From NCBI RefSeq assembly GCF_964204645.1, contig NC_134027.1, positions 16,338,485 to 16,402,484 of the forward strand: a DNA stretch of 64,000 bases. The letters are read 5' to 3'. The notes below the pieces were generated by a model that saw only the letters and a list, made by a program, of their open reading frames with translations, ran no database searches and had not been told where the DNA came from. Source of the DNA: Tubulanus polymorphus. Lineage: Eukaryota > Animalia > Nemertea. Below, one piece after another: positions 1 through 12,440 of the stretch. Position 1 is the stretch's first letter. Every line of letters starts with the position of its first letter. The translations under genes and the position numbers were made by a program.

Positions 1-540
1 CCATCCCAAAATAATTGTCTGTTTTCAAAATGAGTCGGTAGGCAGGTAGAAATTTTTTTTGCAAAGTTTTTGGGCAAAAAAAAAACAAATTTATCACCTT
101 TTTTACATGGAAACAATATCGCAAAAATCATCTACGTTGTGCACAGGAAATTTGTCTAATAGCGTAGATTTCAAGAATTAATCTAAAATTACAACTTCGT
201 CCAGAGCGTCATCTCTGTGTTAAAAATGAAACAGTACATTGAATATGTGCGCACTTTTACATTACCAGCTTTAATATAGTCACTATGAGAATGAATGGCA
301 GCTTATTGAAAACAGCCAGTTTCCTGGAAAACTTAAATTAGGCCACATGCCAAGGCATGTTTTCACACGATGCACACTTGAATTCAAACAAAAGTAGCTC
401 ATACGTCGGCAGTGGGTCGGTCGGCCATTTTAATCAGAAATAAAATTTATTTCAATGAATCAGAAAAAAGTTTTCACTCAGTATATTTGAAGTCGGGTTG
501 GTCGGGTTACCGCAAACAGACCATTAATATGAGATGGACT
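1..540. mobile_element. Non-autonomous DNA transposon (MITE) with (GG)CCATCCCA termini, nested in Helentron-like family A
   Basis: ccatcccaaaataattgtctgttt at 1-24 is the imperfect inverse of aaacagaccattaatatgagatgg near 514-537, which is followed by TAA. The same right end occurs at ~23590-23618 and ~54560-54588. Confidence 0.6.
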
Positions 541-1410
541 AAAATTCATATGATGTCAAATATCAGAGGGTGGTTGTATATTGGGTCTTGGAAACCTCTT
601 CCAATAATGGCCGCAGAAGTAAAAATACCGGTACAGAAGAAATCGGATATTAGATCGTTTTAAATCCTGGAATTTACGACTACAATATTCAGACCTCGAC
701 CTATACTTGTATTTTACTGCTTAATATTTTCAGGTCACAAGAAATTACAATTTATTACAAATTCTATCAAACAGAAAACACAGCGCTCATCTTCTGCTAC
801 GATTATTCAGCCTATTTTCATGTCAAACGTGTAAGCGTTACAGCATCACCTTTAGTAGTGTACTGTACGAGCTTGTGTGTGTGTCGTGTAGCACTCTGCA
901 CGCACGTGGAGGCCTTGTGTAAGTGACTGTTCGCTTACACAATGTCAATCAAAACAATCACCGGGTATTAAAATGAAACAATACCTATGGCGGATGTGTG
1001 AAATAATTACATCCTCACCAGCAATGAGCATTTGAAATTCGCACGTATACGGCACCTAGTCCAATGAAACCTATGCCATGGCTTTCCCATAATTATTTTA
1101 GTAGCGCCGGAATTCGCTGTATATCCCAAAAACAGCCAATCCCATTCGCTCGTAAGGACAACGCCCCCTAATCGAGGTCATTGCAATTTTATATGCGAGA
1201 GCTAAGAATTTTCCCGCCAAAAACAGTTTTTCGTAGAATTTTAGCTCAGTTGACCATGTCATCGACGGAGGTTCGCCATGTCTTCAATCGCATCGATTAT
1301 ACGTCGTTTAAGCCGAGAACCAATGAAACAAATGCTCACATAAAAAAACGTACCGCGATTTTACATGAATTGGCTCAATGCCAACATCATATCGGTAACA
1401 AAGGTAAACC
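541..1410 (-). mobile_element. Helentron/DINE-1-like non-autonomous family A, copy 1
   Basis: Highly similar to 12441-13601, 23620-24000, 41329-42438 and 54590-55453; ends in aaggtaaacc followed by an A-rich tract. Confidence 0.65.
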
Positions 1411-1669
1411 ATAAATGGGGCATTGTCTTTTAAGAACAGGGGTCAAATAGGGGTCAAAGGCAGGTCAATTCCACTTCTCCGTACAATGCTGAAATTCTAA
1501 TACATAATAGATAATGATATGATGGTCACAAATTCATTTCGCAAGAAAGAAAATATTGCAGCATTTTTGTTTAAGAACCGGGGTCAAGCAGGGGTCACGA
1601 AGGGTGGGCAATTCCACTTCTCCGTACAAAGCTGAAATTTGAGTACATGGTAGATAATGATATGATGGT

Positions 1670-3101
1670 TTTTTCTTTTTTTAACCATTGAAATTTTATT
1701 ATGAACATAACATTTGCAATATACAATGGACAACCACAAATCGTCCGGGGACATTATATGTGGTCTCGGAACAAGAAGAAAAACAAAACAATATTAAGTA
1801 AATATAGCGGTTTCATGGCATATTATATTAGTTACATGATTGTTAAAAGTCTACATTCTACAGGTTTCAAGAATCTGGAGGTGTTTTCACATCGTATGGG
1901 TCTTAACGAAGTCAAAATAGATTAAACAAACATGCATTAAGCCAAGAAGATAAATGTTCAAATAATGCATGGTCACTCAAAGACGACAATATGCTGTGAT
2001 AAAAGATGTGCATATACTTATTAATTGTTGATTTACAGCATGATCAAGATTGTTGCTTCCATGAATGAGGAAATTACATTTATCTTTTTGGCTTAAGTTT
2101 GAATACATGTCATACAGAAACATATTTTCCATGGAAAGGTGAAGGCGATTTCTAAGGTTAACTATTGTGGGTTTACGACATTTGATAAAAAGGTGGATTG
2201 TATCAAAACGCAGACTACAAAACCCACATAAGGGATTTGCGTTTTCAAAATTATGACGGGAATAGTGTGCTGGAAGCAGTAAATCCACTCGCAAGCGGTT
2301 CAGGTTTATTTCATTTCTACGAGTTAAGATTGACATATCTGTAGTGCTGTAGGCCATTTTTAGCGTATTCGATCGAATTCTAAATTCAAATCGAGACAAG
2401 GTTGGGAGCGTTCTAATTTCAGGCAAGGTTTTATTCCATCTCTGCATTAGAGAATACATTGGGAATGACATAAATTTGGCAGAGGGCGTCGGTGGAAAAG
2501 AAAACGGGCGTCTTTCTCTCAATGCATGTACTGGAATGACCTAAAACTATCAAAGAGGTTAGAAACATAAGGAGGACAGAGTCCGTTTGAGGCTTTGAAC
2601 ATATATATACTTAATCGGTCAGTACGTTGATTGCCTCTGTGTTTAGGTCTACAGATGATTTCAAGTCATTTAACCCTTTCAGGATGGCGTCTAATTTCGA
2701 TTCAGTGTCAGACATTGTAAGCTGTGTCCTTTTATGATCTGGACTGACAGAACTGTTTGAGGATATTATTTCGTCAATTCCCCGTTTATTCCGTGTAAAA
2801 GGTGTATTCATGCGGAACGGCTCTTACCGTGTACTTCGGGTGTAGCTGTACTTTAGGGGGTTTGCAATAAAGTTAATTCACCGTTGACTTTGATTTATCT
2901 AAGTCTAATAATCTTCGGCAAAATGATATGAATGAGTCAGTTTTAAACGCAATGGAGCCTCAAACGATGGAGACTCAAAAACTCACGTTATCCAGAGTGG
3001 TAGAGCGGGTGAGAGACTTGATAAATTTTCAGAAACGACGAGTACTCACACCTCGACTGTTTACTCGTCCGCCATATTTGCTCCAAAAAAAAGGGTATTG
3101 A
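1670..3101 (-). mobile_element. Internally deleted LINE (CR1/L2-like) with poly(A) tail and 11-bp TSD
   Basis: TSD gatatgatggt at 1659-1669 and 3102-3112; T-tract at ~1668-1682; ORF1 start at 2611-2811; ORF2 C-terminus at 1977-~2605 (YMFKASNGLCPPY...RLR...C..C...HLFIKC). Confidence 0.75.
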
Positions 3102-3849
3102 GATATGATGGTCACAAATTTATTTCTTAAGAAAGAAAAAATTGGGGCATAATCATATAAGAGCAGGGGTCCAATGGAGTCATGGGGCTGTCACAATTCT
3201 ATTTTTGATTACAAATTTTCATAAACAGTTTTTAGATACCCTGTACTAAAAAGGGAAAATATATTGGGTCACTTTATTGATCTGTTTACTCTATGCTTAG
3301 ACAGATTCAGCTCACACTCACAGTGCTTGCAGTGTGACCTTATTCCCCAAAACAGACGTGCAGGGTTTTAAGTTTAGCATGAGTCAATACAGAGCATGAT
3401 GGGAGAAACTCACCACAGAGGTAAGAATTAGTAGATTTAGGATAGACTTATAGGGAATGAGTTCAGTAGTGGCGATTCTGAGACTATTAAAGAGAGCAGG
3501 GCCTACCCAGCTAAAAAGATGAGAACACACTCAGGCCAAAACTTCTAATCATAATCAGTGCATTTGATGGTACACTCCTCTGTGATAAAAAGGAGCATTC
3601 TGTGTATTTTTGTGATATGCTATCCCCGCTTGGTCTGTTCTAATGAAAGCTGATATCATTGTATAGTTTATAAGATTGCTGTCTCAGAATTGAAAACCAC
3701 TTAGCAAAAGAATAATTTTTCAATCCACCTTGACAGTAGGCCTAGGCCTAAATACCCAGTTGGCGTACATGTTTTCTTCAATCAATAAAGCCACCAGGCA
3801 ATTCCAGTACGCATTCTAAAATGGTATTTCCGTTTAATTTTTTTAGATC

Positions 3850-6047
3850 ACGGTCCAATCTGGTGTATAGTCCACAGTGCCGATTCAAATGAAAAATCCA
3901 CATTGAATAAATGGTCAAATGATACCTGGAAAACTGCCAAAAATGCTGCCCAGGTCAGACATAGCTTTAAGAATTATACAGACTCAAAGTATTACACAAT
4001 GATTGAGTCACTACCTGATACACCAGGTGACACTGATGGTTACCATTCTCGGTGTTACAAGAATTTTACAGCTGTTAAGAAGTCTAATATTGCTCAGTCC
4101 CATGATGTGCCCAATACTGCAAAAAAGACGCTGCGCAGTGCAACACCACCCTAGACCTCAGTGCCATCTTCAATGGCACCTGGTACAATCAGATCTACAG
4201 ATCTTTTACCTGATACATGCCTTTTTTGTAACAAGAAAACAAAAAAACGGCCAGATGGTTCCAAAGAGTACTTGGGAAAAGTGATGACTATGCAAGCTGC
4301 AGAAACCATCGTGAGTGTCGTTGAGACATTGAAATTAGAGGCAATAAGAGTGAAAATATCTGGCATTGACTTGATAGCAAAAGAGGCACAGTTTCATCAC
4401 AGCTGTCGAGCTCATTTTGTAGTGAAAGCAAGTAGGGCTAAGACGAGAATTGCATTGCCAACCATTGATGAGTGCGAAGATGTTGCAAAAGATAAATCGA
4501 AACCTCTTGATTTCATCGTTTAGGAGTATATAACAGACCAAAAAAGACTGGAACATCTTCAATCTATCTACAAACGTTATATCATCATGAAGAGAGAATC
4601 CCACAATTATAACGAAAAAGTCCGAAAATGAAACTTCGAGATAGTAGTTTATTTCAACGTTTCGACTATATCCTAATAGTCTATTAGGATATAGTCGAAA
4701 CGTTGAAATAAACTACTATCTCGAAGTTTCATTTTTGGACTTTTTCGTTATAATTGTGGGATTCTCTCTACATCGCGTCAACACGGATATAGTGTTCTAT
4801 CAATCGTGGTTATATCATCATGTGTGAAGAATTGAATATGGAACCACCAATTACGAAGGTGAACTATTTTGGCGAATTATTAAGAAAAGAATTTGAAGGA
4901 GAACTTATTTTACATTCTCCAACATGTCGCAGTTCTGGCGTGTTTTTATATTCTAGAAATATTAGTTACGAATCAATTAAGAGTATACATGATCTAGAGT
5001 CATCATGTGAGGGTTTGGTCACTAGGGCTGCCAATATGATTCTTCACTCAGCTAATCCATTCGTTCTGGAATGCCCAGATCTGATAAATATCCACACTGG
5101 AAGAATAGCCTCTGCTTCAATATCAGGTTCATTACTTGAACTTACTAAAGGAAAAGCTAGACACGATGCCTTCATTGCTGAATGTGAAGCTGATCCTACC
5201 AGGTTTGAAAGAGCTATAAAGCGATACCCCCTTCAGAACTTCGCTAAGCAAGGAGCTCGGAACAAAAGTGCTCAAAATCAAGTTGTTAAGAAACTGACGT
5301 GTACCAGAGATATGTTTGGACGCATTGCAGTTATAGCATCGAAAAGAAAAGTAGATCTTGAATTTCTACTCGGATTTCCTCTCACATCAGTTCCACTTTC
5401 CATTTGCAGTACAGAAGGGAACCATGGCTCACACAGACAAGAGTGTATTATTTAGTGTGCTGGAAAATAAGGTTGAAACCCATGGAGAACCAACATTAAC
5501 AGATACTACTCTGATAGACGGAAACTTTCTACTGCATCTCTTGCCACCAAATCTACCTGCAACGTATGGTGGGCTAGCAAGATCAATACTACTTGCCACT
5601 ACTAAGTGCCCATCCAGTAGGATTGACATAGTTTTTGACAATTATGAAAAACCGTGGATAAAAGCTCCTGAGCAGGAGCGTCGTGGAGCCGAAGTCACTA
5701 AATATACTATTAACGGACCTGACCAAATTCGCCCGAAGGATCTGTTGAGAGCATTAAAGTCAACATCATTCAAGCAACAACTACCAGTTTTTCTGTCTGC
5801 AGACTGGATGTCACAACACTATGCTGAGATCATACGTGAAAAGAAGATTTATATAGGTATTGAGGAATCCTGCTACCGAATGGCTGTTGTTGATGGAAAC
5901 GTTGAGAAGCAAGAAGTTCCTGAGTTGTCTTGTAATCATGTAGAGGCCGATACTAGACTCTGTTATCATGGAGTACATGCAGATAATGGCCTCGATGGTG
6001 GTGGCAATATTGTTATCCGAGCAGCTGTTGATTTTTCTAAGTATTGA
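3850..6047 (+). mobile_element. Academ-like DNA transposon pseudogene (Cys/His N-terminal region plus XPG/PIN-like nuclease), frameshifted and internally deleted
   Basis: Motifs YHSRCYKNFT, CLFC, DLIAKEAQFHHSC, PLTSVPLSI, LIDGNF, DIVFDNY and CNHVEADTRLCYH across ORFs 3903-6047, with stops and frameshifts. Tandem subterminal-like repeats (aagaacaggggtcaa...) at ~1430-1668 and ~3102-3200 may belong to it. Confidence 0.7.
4590..4808. mobile_element. Penelope-like retroelement remnant forming an 89-bp-arm palindrome, 14-bp TSD
   Basis: Arms at 4591-4679 and 4681-4769 with one mismatch; flanking duplication gttatatcatcatg at 4576-4589 and 4809-4822; contains gactat-taggat-atagtc GAAACGTT and AATAAA, typical of PLE pLTR ends. 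Confidence 0.7.
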
Positions 6048-8012
6048 TATCCACGAACAAAACTATACTGTTATAGAATGTTTAAAAGGAACTGCTTTTA
6101 ATAACAGTATGAATAAACTTACTTCACAAACAAGGAAGTACATTTTTAACTTTTGAATGGTCGAACCCCAGTTATTCACAGTAACCTGTGATTTGGATAT
6201 TCTCAGAGCCTTCCTTCTTTATTTATTTATGAAATGACGTCACAAACTTTCAGATTCGCGCCAGTACGCGCGCCATGATTGATGATTGCTATTTCCACCG
6301 GTGTTATCTTTAAGTAACTTCAAGTTCAAAATAGGAAGCACAGTACATCCATAGAAACTACATGCAGAAAGAAACATTTCGTTTCAAAGTTGTTAGTAGT
6401 CAAATCTAATAGAAGATAATTTTTAGTGAAACTCAGTGGAAAATATGTTAAAATAATAATCAGCAGGAATCCAATAGGGTTTCTGCCGAGGCAGCAGAAA
6501 CCCTAATAATAATCACGCGAATCTAAATAGGGTTTTCTTCTTCCGAGGTATTCAAGCACCCCATCCATCCAAAAATGATTTTAACCAGCAAATATTCAAT
6601 TCTGGCAGCATACAGGTTAAGCTTGCTGTGCTCTCTGGTGAATTATAGTTCATTGGGACAACAATGATTTCTTGAAAGCAGAGGATATACAACAACAAAA
6701 ATAGTTTTAAAAATGACAAAAGACATTTATTTAGAATATTCAAAATATAGAAATAGAATCATCAAATCTATTCAATAATCCAATCATTATCCAACAGAGG
6801 AAAAGTCTCTAGAGGATCAATGCTGTGCTTATCAACGCAGACGCTCGCACATCGTTCCAATCGCGATAATATCCGTCATGCAAAACTAGTCTTTTTCAAT
6901 CCTGCACTTAGTAGTCGAATAAACGTAGTCCAGAAATCTGTAAAAACCAATTTGGTTCCTTATCAAAAAATAATGCTACCAATCCAAAGCGGCAAATCTG
7001 AAAGTGGAGTACTATTTACACTCAAAATGTCAGCAAAATCATTTACACAAAAATAACCTGCGGGCAGGTCTTTCATGCAATAACATAAAATAAACTTACT
7101 CATGAATAATTTCATCTGTCACCTTGAAAAATATTCTTTCAGTGTCTTAAAACCTGTAATATATAACGAGACAGGGCTTGTAAAATGTAATGAAGGTTAT
7201 AGGCGTATCTTATATAGTCATAAATGATAACCCTGGATTACATTGATTACCTTGGATTATTGCCCGCTCTCTAGGCCTACCTGTCAATATTAAAAATGTT
7301 ACTCCTAATTCAATGCAATCACAGCCCAGCCCTGCTTCAACTGCCAGGAATACACAAAACTCTACTAGTCTTACAGAAATTTACAAGTGTTGGGCCAATT
7401 GATCCTAATATAAGCACTATAAAATACAAGAAAATAGGCCTAGGTGATTGATGGTAAGTGGTACTGATACCCACACGCGACATGAATTTATATCATAGAA
7501 CTCAATTTGATTTGAATTCTATGAATAGACCAAGTTTAAGAATTTGAAGTTGAAACATTTCCGGGTATCAGAGTCAGTAATCAAATTCAGTTGTATTTTT
7601 ACAATTATTGGGTCTAGCTGCACCACATATACACACACCATTAACGGCCCCAAGAGTAATTATTTACTTACTTTCACAAATGATATCCTTTAAATCAACT
7701 GAAATGGTTTGAAAAGAAACCAAATCACGATAAATCCTGATGTTTTTAACTGTAGCATCTAGCGAGGATGACTCCACATACAGGTGACGGTCGCAATCAT
7801 GCGCAATAGATTTGTTTATGGACACCGAATAATATCGATTTCCTTAAAGGTCACGACAATTGAGCACAGCTTCAAGGTCTCTTATTGTAAGTGTTGTCTG
7901 TATGTACGTGTTGGCAGCTCTGTATTAATATCCATACTCGGTCTACTGGATAATTCATATACATCAAAGATTTGCGGTTTCCCAACTATTCGACATATTA
8001 AATAGTACTTAC

Positions 8013-8180
8013 ATCAGCAGTGAGCATCAAACAATGTTGTTCCTTAGCATTATTCTGTTCTTTTAGGATATCAATATGGTGTGACTGATCTTCTTTTTGT
8101 TTCTCAAGAGTTTCAAGTTTAGTCTGCATTGCACAAACCTCTGACTCATGTGTACATAATTGACCCTTCACATGATCGCT
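8013..8180 (-). CDS. ERC1: ERC/ELKS coding exon 3 (56 codons; not in ORF track)
   Basis: tttctag|AGC...GAT|gtaagt, 168 nt, phase 0/0. SDHVKGQLCTHESEVCAMQTKLETLEKQKEDQSHHIDILKEQNNAKEQHCLMLTAD aligns to the ERC coiled coil (LQTKLETL...HIEVLKESLTAKEQ). The gene probably continues beyond the left edge of the window. Confidence 0.88.
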
Positions 8181-8371
8181 CTAGAAATATATGCAATGTA
8201 TGGTAAATTTTCAATAAAAAGCAATACCTTAATAAGGGTTTTCTGCAATGTAGCAGAAAACCCCAATCATTATCATTTTTTAAATTAATGTTACTTATAA
8301 TAGTGACATGTACATTATATATGAAAAAATAAACAGAATTTATAAAGACTTATAACTTATTAATAAAGACT

Positions 8372-8388
<17 letters not shown>

Positions 8389-8450
<62 letters not shown>
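8389..8450. repeat. (TA)n microsatellite
   Basis: Direct read, about 30 units, near the 3' end of the adjacent LINE. Confidence 0.97.
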
Positions 8451-8456
<6 letters not shown>

Positions 8457-8499
8457 TATACACTTAATACATAAATACATGCACATACACACACAATGT

Positions 8500-9945
8500 A
8501 TAAAGATATTCCCACAAAATGAGTGGTTACAAAATTGTGTTCAAAAGTAAATTTCTTTTTGGCCTTGTATATTTTTTGTTCGGGGAAAAGATTCTCCTCA
8601 ACTGTCCTGTAAGTTCTTAACTTTGGTTTGGTGTGTAGTGATTCCAGGCATCCTTATATATGGAAAATATTTCAGTCATCTATTGTAATATGCACCTGAT
8701 CTGTAAAGTTATTTACACAGTTTAGAGGGGTACATATTCTATTGAAAAATCTTTTACACCATGTATCAAAATTTTTATTTTCATAGGTTAGTAGATCTCT
8801 GAGAAACATTTGCTTAGTTATTCTTGCATTTGGCATAGATATCATTCGATTCAAAAATCTTATCTGATGTTTGCAACGTTTATATTTACATGGTAGCCAC
8901 CCCATATCTCCATACAGAAAAAGTAATGGCATTAACGGATTTACTCCTAAAAAACATCTTCAAGTTTATACTGAATGCGCTCAACCATATCGGAGTCTAT
9001 CGAACCCCAAATTTCAGCTCCATAACTAATGACTGAATCAACACCTGTTTCAAATAATTTAGTAAAGGTTTTATAACAAATATTTTTCATCTGTTTAAAT
9101 TTACTTACAATTCTGCCAAGAGCTTTTCCACCAGCAGATGCTTGTCGTTCACAATGTAATTTGAAATTTAAATGAGAGTCTAAAAATACACCTCAATATT
9201 TATAAGATTCAACCTTGTTTATATCTTGGTTATTCTAGTTAAAAACAAAGTTTGTTAGTTTCTTCCGATGTTGCCTTAAATGTACGATGTTGTTTTTTCC
9301 TGTGTTAATTGAAAGAAGCCGCCTACACCACTGGGAAGTATTATCAATCAAATTTTGTAACTCCTCTTCCGAGTTGGCAATCAGCACAATATCGTCAGTG
9401 TAGGCTAAAATATTAGTACATAAAGTTTGATTCTGAGTATTTAAGTTAAGAAGATCGTTTAAAAATAAACTCGCTAAGGTTTGAGAAATTGGGTCACCTT
9501 GTCTGACTCAACTTTCACTATTGAACCAACAGCTATAAAAATCTGGTGATATATTTATATTTCATCTTGTGTTTTGGTATAAACTACGGATAGCCAACAA
9601 CAAATTACCTCCTATACCAATCTTCAACATCTTTAAAAGTAGTAAATTTCTATCTACAAATTCCAAGTACTTTTCAAAATCCACAAAACAGCAGTAGGTA
9701 ACTTTCCCTTCAATTGCATTTTACTTAATAATACTTGTCAGCGTGAATACAAGATCCTGACATGATCTCTCCTTACACGAACCGTTCTGACAATCGGACA
9801 AAATATCGTGCGCTTTTAAGTAAGCAGAAAGTCGGCAATTTCATGTACTGGTGTAAAGTTTGCCAACACACGACATAAGGGCAATACCTCTATAGCTGAT
9901 AGGAATTTAAGGGTCTTTTAATGTACTTTTTGGTATTGAAGCTAT
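8500..9945 (-). mobile_element. Decayed LINE reverse-transcriptase region
   Basis: Minus-strand fragments YRGIALMSCVGKLY, YCCFVDF, VRQGDPIS, LAYTDDIVLIANSEEELQ and LYGDMGW; many stops. Confidence 0.85.
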
Positions 9946-10447
9946 ACAGGTGTGAATCCAGACTATCGCACATGCAGCACGTGCAGTTTTCAAATGCTCT
10001 TTAAAAATTTTTGTTTCAGGAAAAAAGTTAATAAAAGGGCACACAATTTGTGCGCCATAAAAAATAATTGCCTTTCTGTATTAGGACTAAAGCAAAATGT
10101 GAATGAAAATAAATTGCCCAAAATCAAAAAAAGGGCAATCTTAGGCATTTTCCTTTACTCAAAAGGGCACCATTCTAAAAGAGACATTATAGTTACTCTA
10201 TAAATTTAATCGAAAAAGGGCAAATTTACGCCAAAAAACATACATGTCCAGAAATGACACTTCAAAGAAAATTCTGAATTCCGGAATTTTTCTCAATTTA
10301 GAAAATCAGAAAAATTCTGGACAACAGAAAATATCTGCAGAAAAATATTAAGTTTAAATTCACAAGTCTTATCTAAATTAAAGGCTTATCTTTTTTAAGA
10401 CCGAACATTTTCTGTGCCAGTGAGAAGACTGAAGCTTAAGCTACAAA

Positions 10448-11090
10448 ATGGCGCATTCACTTTTGGTTATCATTTTGCCAGCTCGAAAAGAGAATTTCGT
10501 CGGTTAGGTAACCCATTAGAGGTTTTTACCGCTGATGAGTTGAAGGAACGGTTGTGATTCAGGCCAGAGGGTATCGATTTTCTGGTGAGAACATTCGGAG
10601 ACGCGTTGACGCCTATACAGGATAACGAAAGAGGGATACCAATCTCAGTAATGTGTTTGTTGACTGAGGCGATTTCGCTAAAAATCTTTTGTATGATAGG
10701 TATTTTGAGGAAGATCCTGCAATCGGGGGATTGAGAAATGGACTGGTTGTGGGAGCCAGCGGTTATCCATTAAAACCGTACTTGATGACCCCATTTCATC
10801 AGCCGGAGACAGGTCAGAAGAAAGTTATCACAGGGCTCATAAGATGACCCGTAGCCTTATTGTAAGAACATTTTTCATGGCGAAATTCGTATAGAGCCAG
10901 AAAAAATTTGTAAGATATTTTGGGCATGCGTGGTTTTGCATAATATAGCAATCAATTTGAATGAAACTTTAGATTTTGATGAAATCTTTGAAGTCGATTT
11001 GCCAGAACAGGAGGCTGTTCGTGAAGTACTTGGTAATCGTGGGCAAGAAACATGAAAACACATTGTTCAAGAATATTTTTTGTAAAAATG
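10448..11090 (+). pseudogene. PIF/Harbinger (HARBI1-like) transposase remnant, internally deleted
   Basis: N-terminal NPLEVFTADELKER..FRPEGIDFL and C-terminal VGASGYPLKPYLMTP...HRAHKMTRSLIVRTF...PEKICKIFWACVVLHNIA; the central DDE region is missing. Confidence 0.8.
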
Positions 11091-11214
11091 TAACATCATA
11101 TATATCAATTGAGAATATTTCATTATTCATAACATGTAATGTAAGGTAATATAAATTCAAAGAGTTAAACATAAAATAAATCATAACTATAACAATATGG
11201 TAATTGGCATTTAA

Positions 11215-12300
11215 TTAAATTTGAATTTCTGGTTTTCCATTAGATTTAATTCAATTTTAAGTTTTTCTATTTCGAGGTCAGTCTTCATCATCTTTCTTTT
11301 CACATACTCCATCTGAAGCTCGATGAGCTCTGCCTGTGTTGCCGTTCTCTTTTTCTTGTTGCCTATAATCAAATAGAATATTAAACTAAGCGTTCTATTC
11401 TAGTTGTTCAAAATTTAATTCATTTAAAAAAATATTTACTATCAGCCTTAGATGAACTAGCCTGTTCAATTTCTGCTGCCTGTAGGCCTACACCTGAAAA
11501 ACATGTAGACAATATCAAGACAACAAGTCAGGTATGTAAGGGAGCGTTCACAAATTACGTACCTCAAAATCTCCCGTTTTTCTGAACCCCACTCCCCCTT
11601 GTACCACCTTTGTACCAATTCACTGACCTCCCTCTTAGGTACGTACCATCGCACCCATGACCCCCCCCCCCCCCCAATTATATTGATGCAAAGAACACAA
11701 ATCAAAAAAAATATAAATACCTGATTTCATTAATGACGTACCAACAAGTGCGTGAAAGATCGATACCGGTACCCGGTATTGGGGAAATCCCAGTTGAAGT
11801 CTACTACAAGTCACAAGTGGAATTGTTTGTTTGTTTCTGTTTCAGCCTCTCCTGTTGCCAGGCAGCATAATTTTTTTTCGTAGGATGATAGAGTCACAAA
11901 ACTGAATTTTTTATCTGATTTAGGGTTAGGGTGAATTAGAACAAAATTCCGATAATTAAATAAATGTCGCAACAAAAGAATTAAGCAAGTATTGTTGTTT
12001 ATTGATTTTATATACCCGGTACTAAAAACCGATAAAACACCAACGGCTATTTTCATTTGAGTTTGGTACATAAAGTGCGTACCAAGATTGATTAATACCC
12101 CCTCCCTCAAAGTACGTACCTTTTTTGTACCAAAATTCAGTAACCCCCCTCCCCCCCAATGGAGGTACGTAATTTATGAACGCTCCCTAACGTTTCCAAT
12201 ACTTACTCCTTAGATCATGACATGCGGGCCATCTCCCATAGCCGCTTCAATCAGCGTTACATTTTGTAATGGTTGATCTGCTTGGTCATCTCCTTTAACG
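11215..12300 (-). pseudogene. Probable Harbinger second (Myb/SANT-type) gene, 3' exons, convergent with the transposase
   Basis: Terminal exon KKRTATQAELIELQMEYVKRKMMKTDLEIEKLKIELNL..stop and an exon fragment near 12205-12295 ending gtaagt. The tail-to-tail layout is typical of Harbinger; the Myb domain itself is not seen. Confidence 0.45.
11540..12187. mobile_element. Harbinger/Tourist-type MITE with TAA TSD
   Basis: TAA|gggagcgttcacaaattacgtacctc ... gaggtacgtaatttatgaacgctccc|TAA. Confidence 0.85.
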
Positions 12301-12440
12301 ATAAGTATATAGTATCTATTCATGAAAGATTGAATAATTTCATATGAGAATACCAATAGAGCTAAAAATAACTTGAAATACAATTTGTTTAATGTAGCCT
12401 ACTAGTTCTACTTATTGCCTTTATTCAAACCAAAAATAAA

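Noticed and set aside
1181-1414. Repeated small ORF MQFY.RELRIFPPK (also 42209-42460)
   Set aside because: Part of non-coding repeat family A; TTG start; frame broken in other copies.
7090-7990. Further ERC exons suggested by gtaag-like donors at ~7099, ~7671 and ~16191
   Set aside because: Phase-0 translations hit stops or show no ERC similarity.
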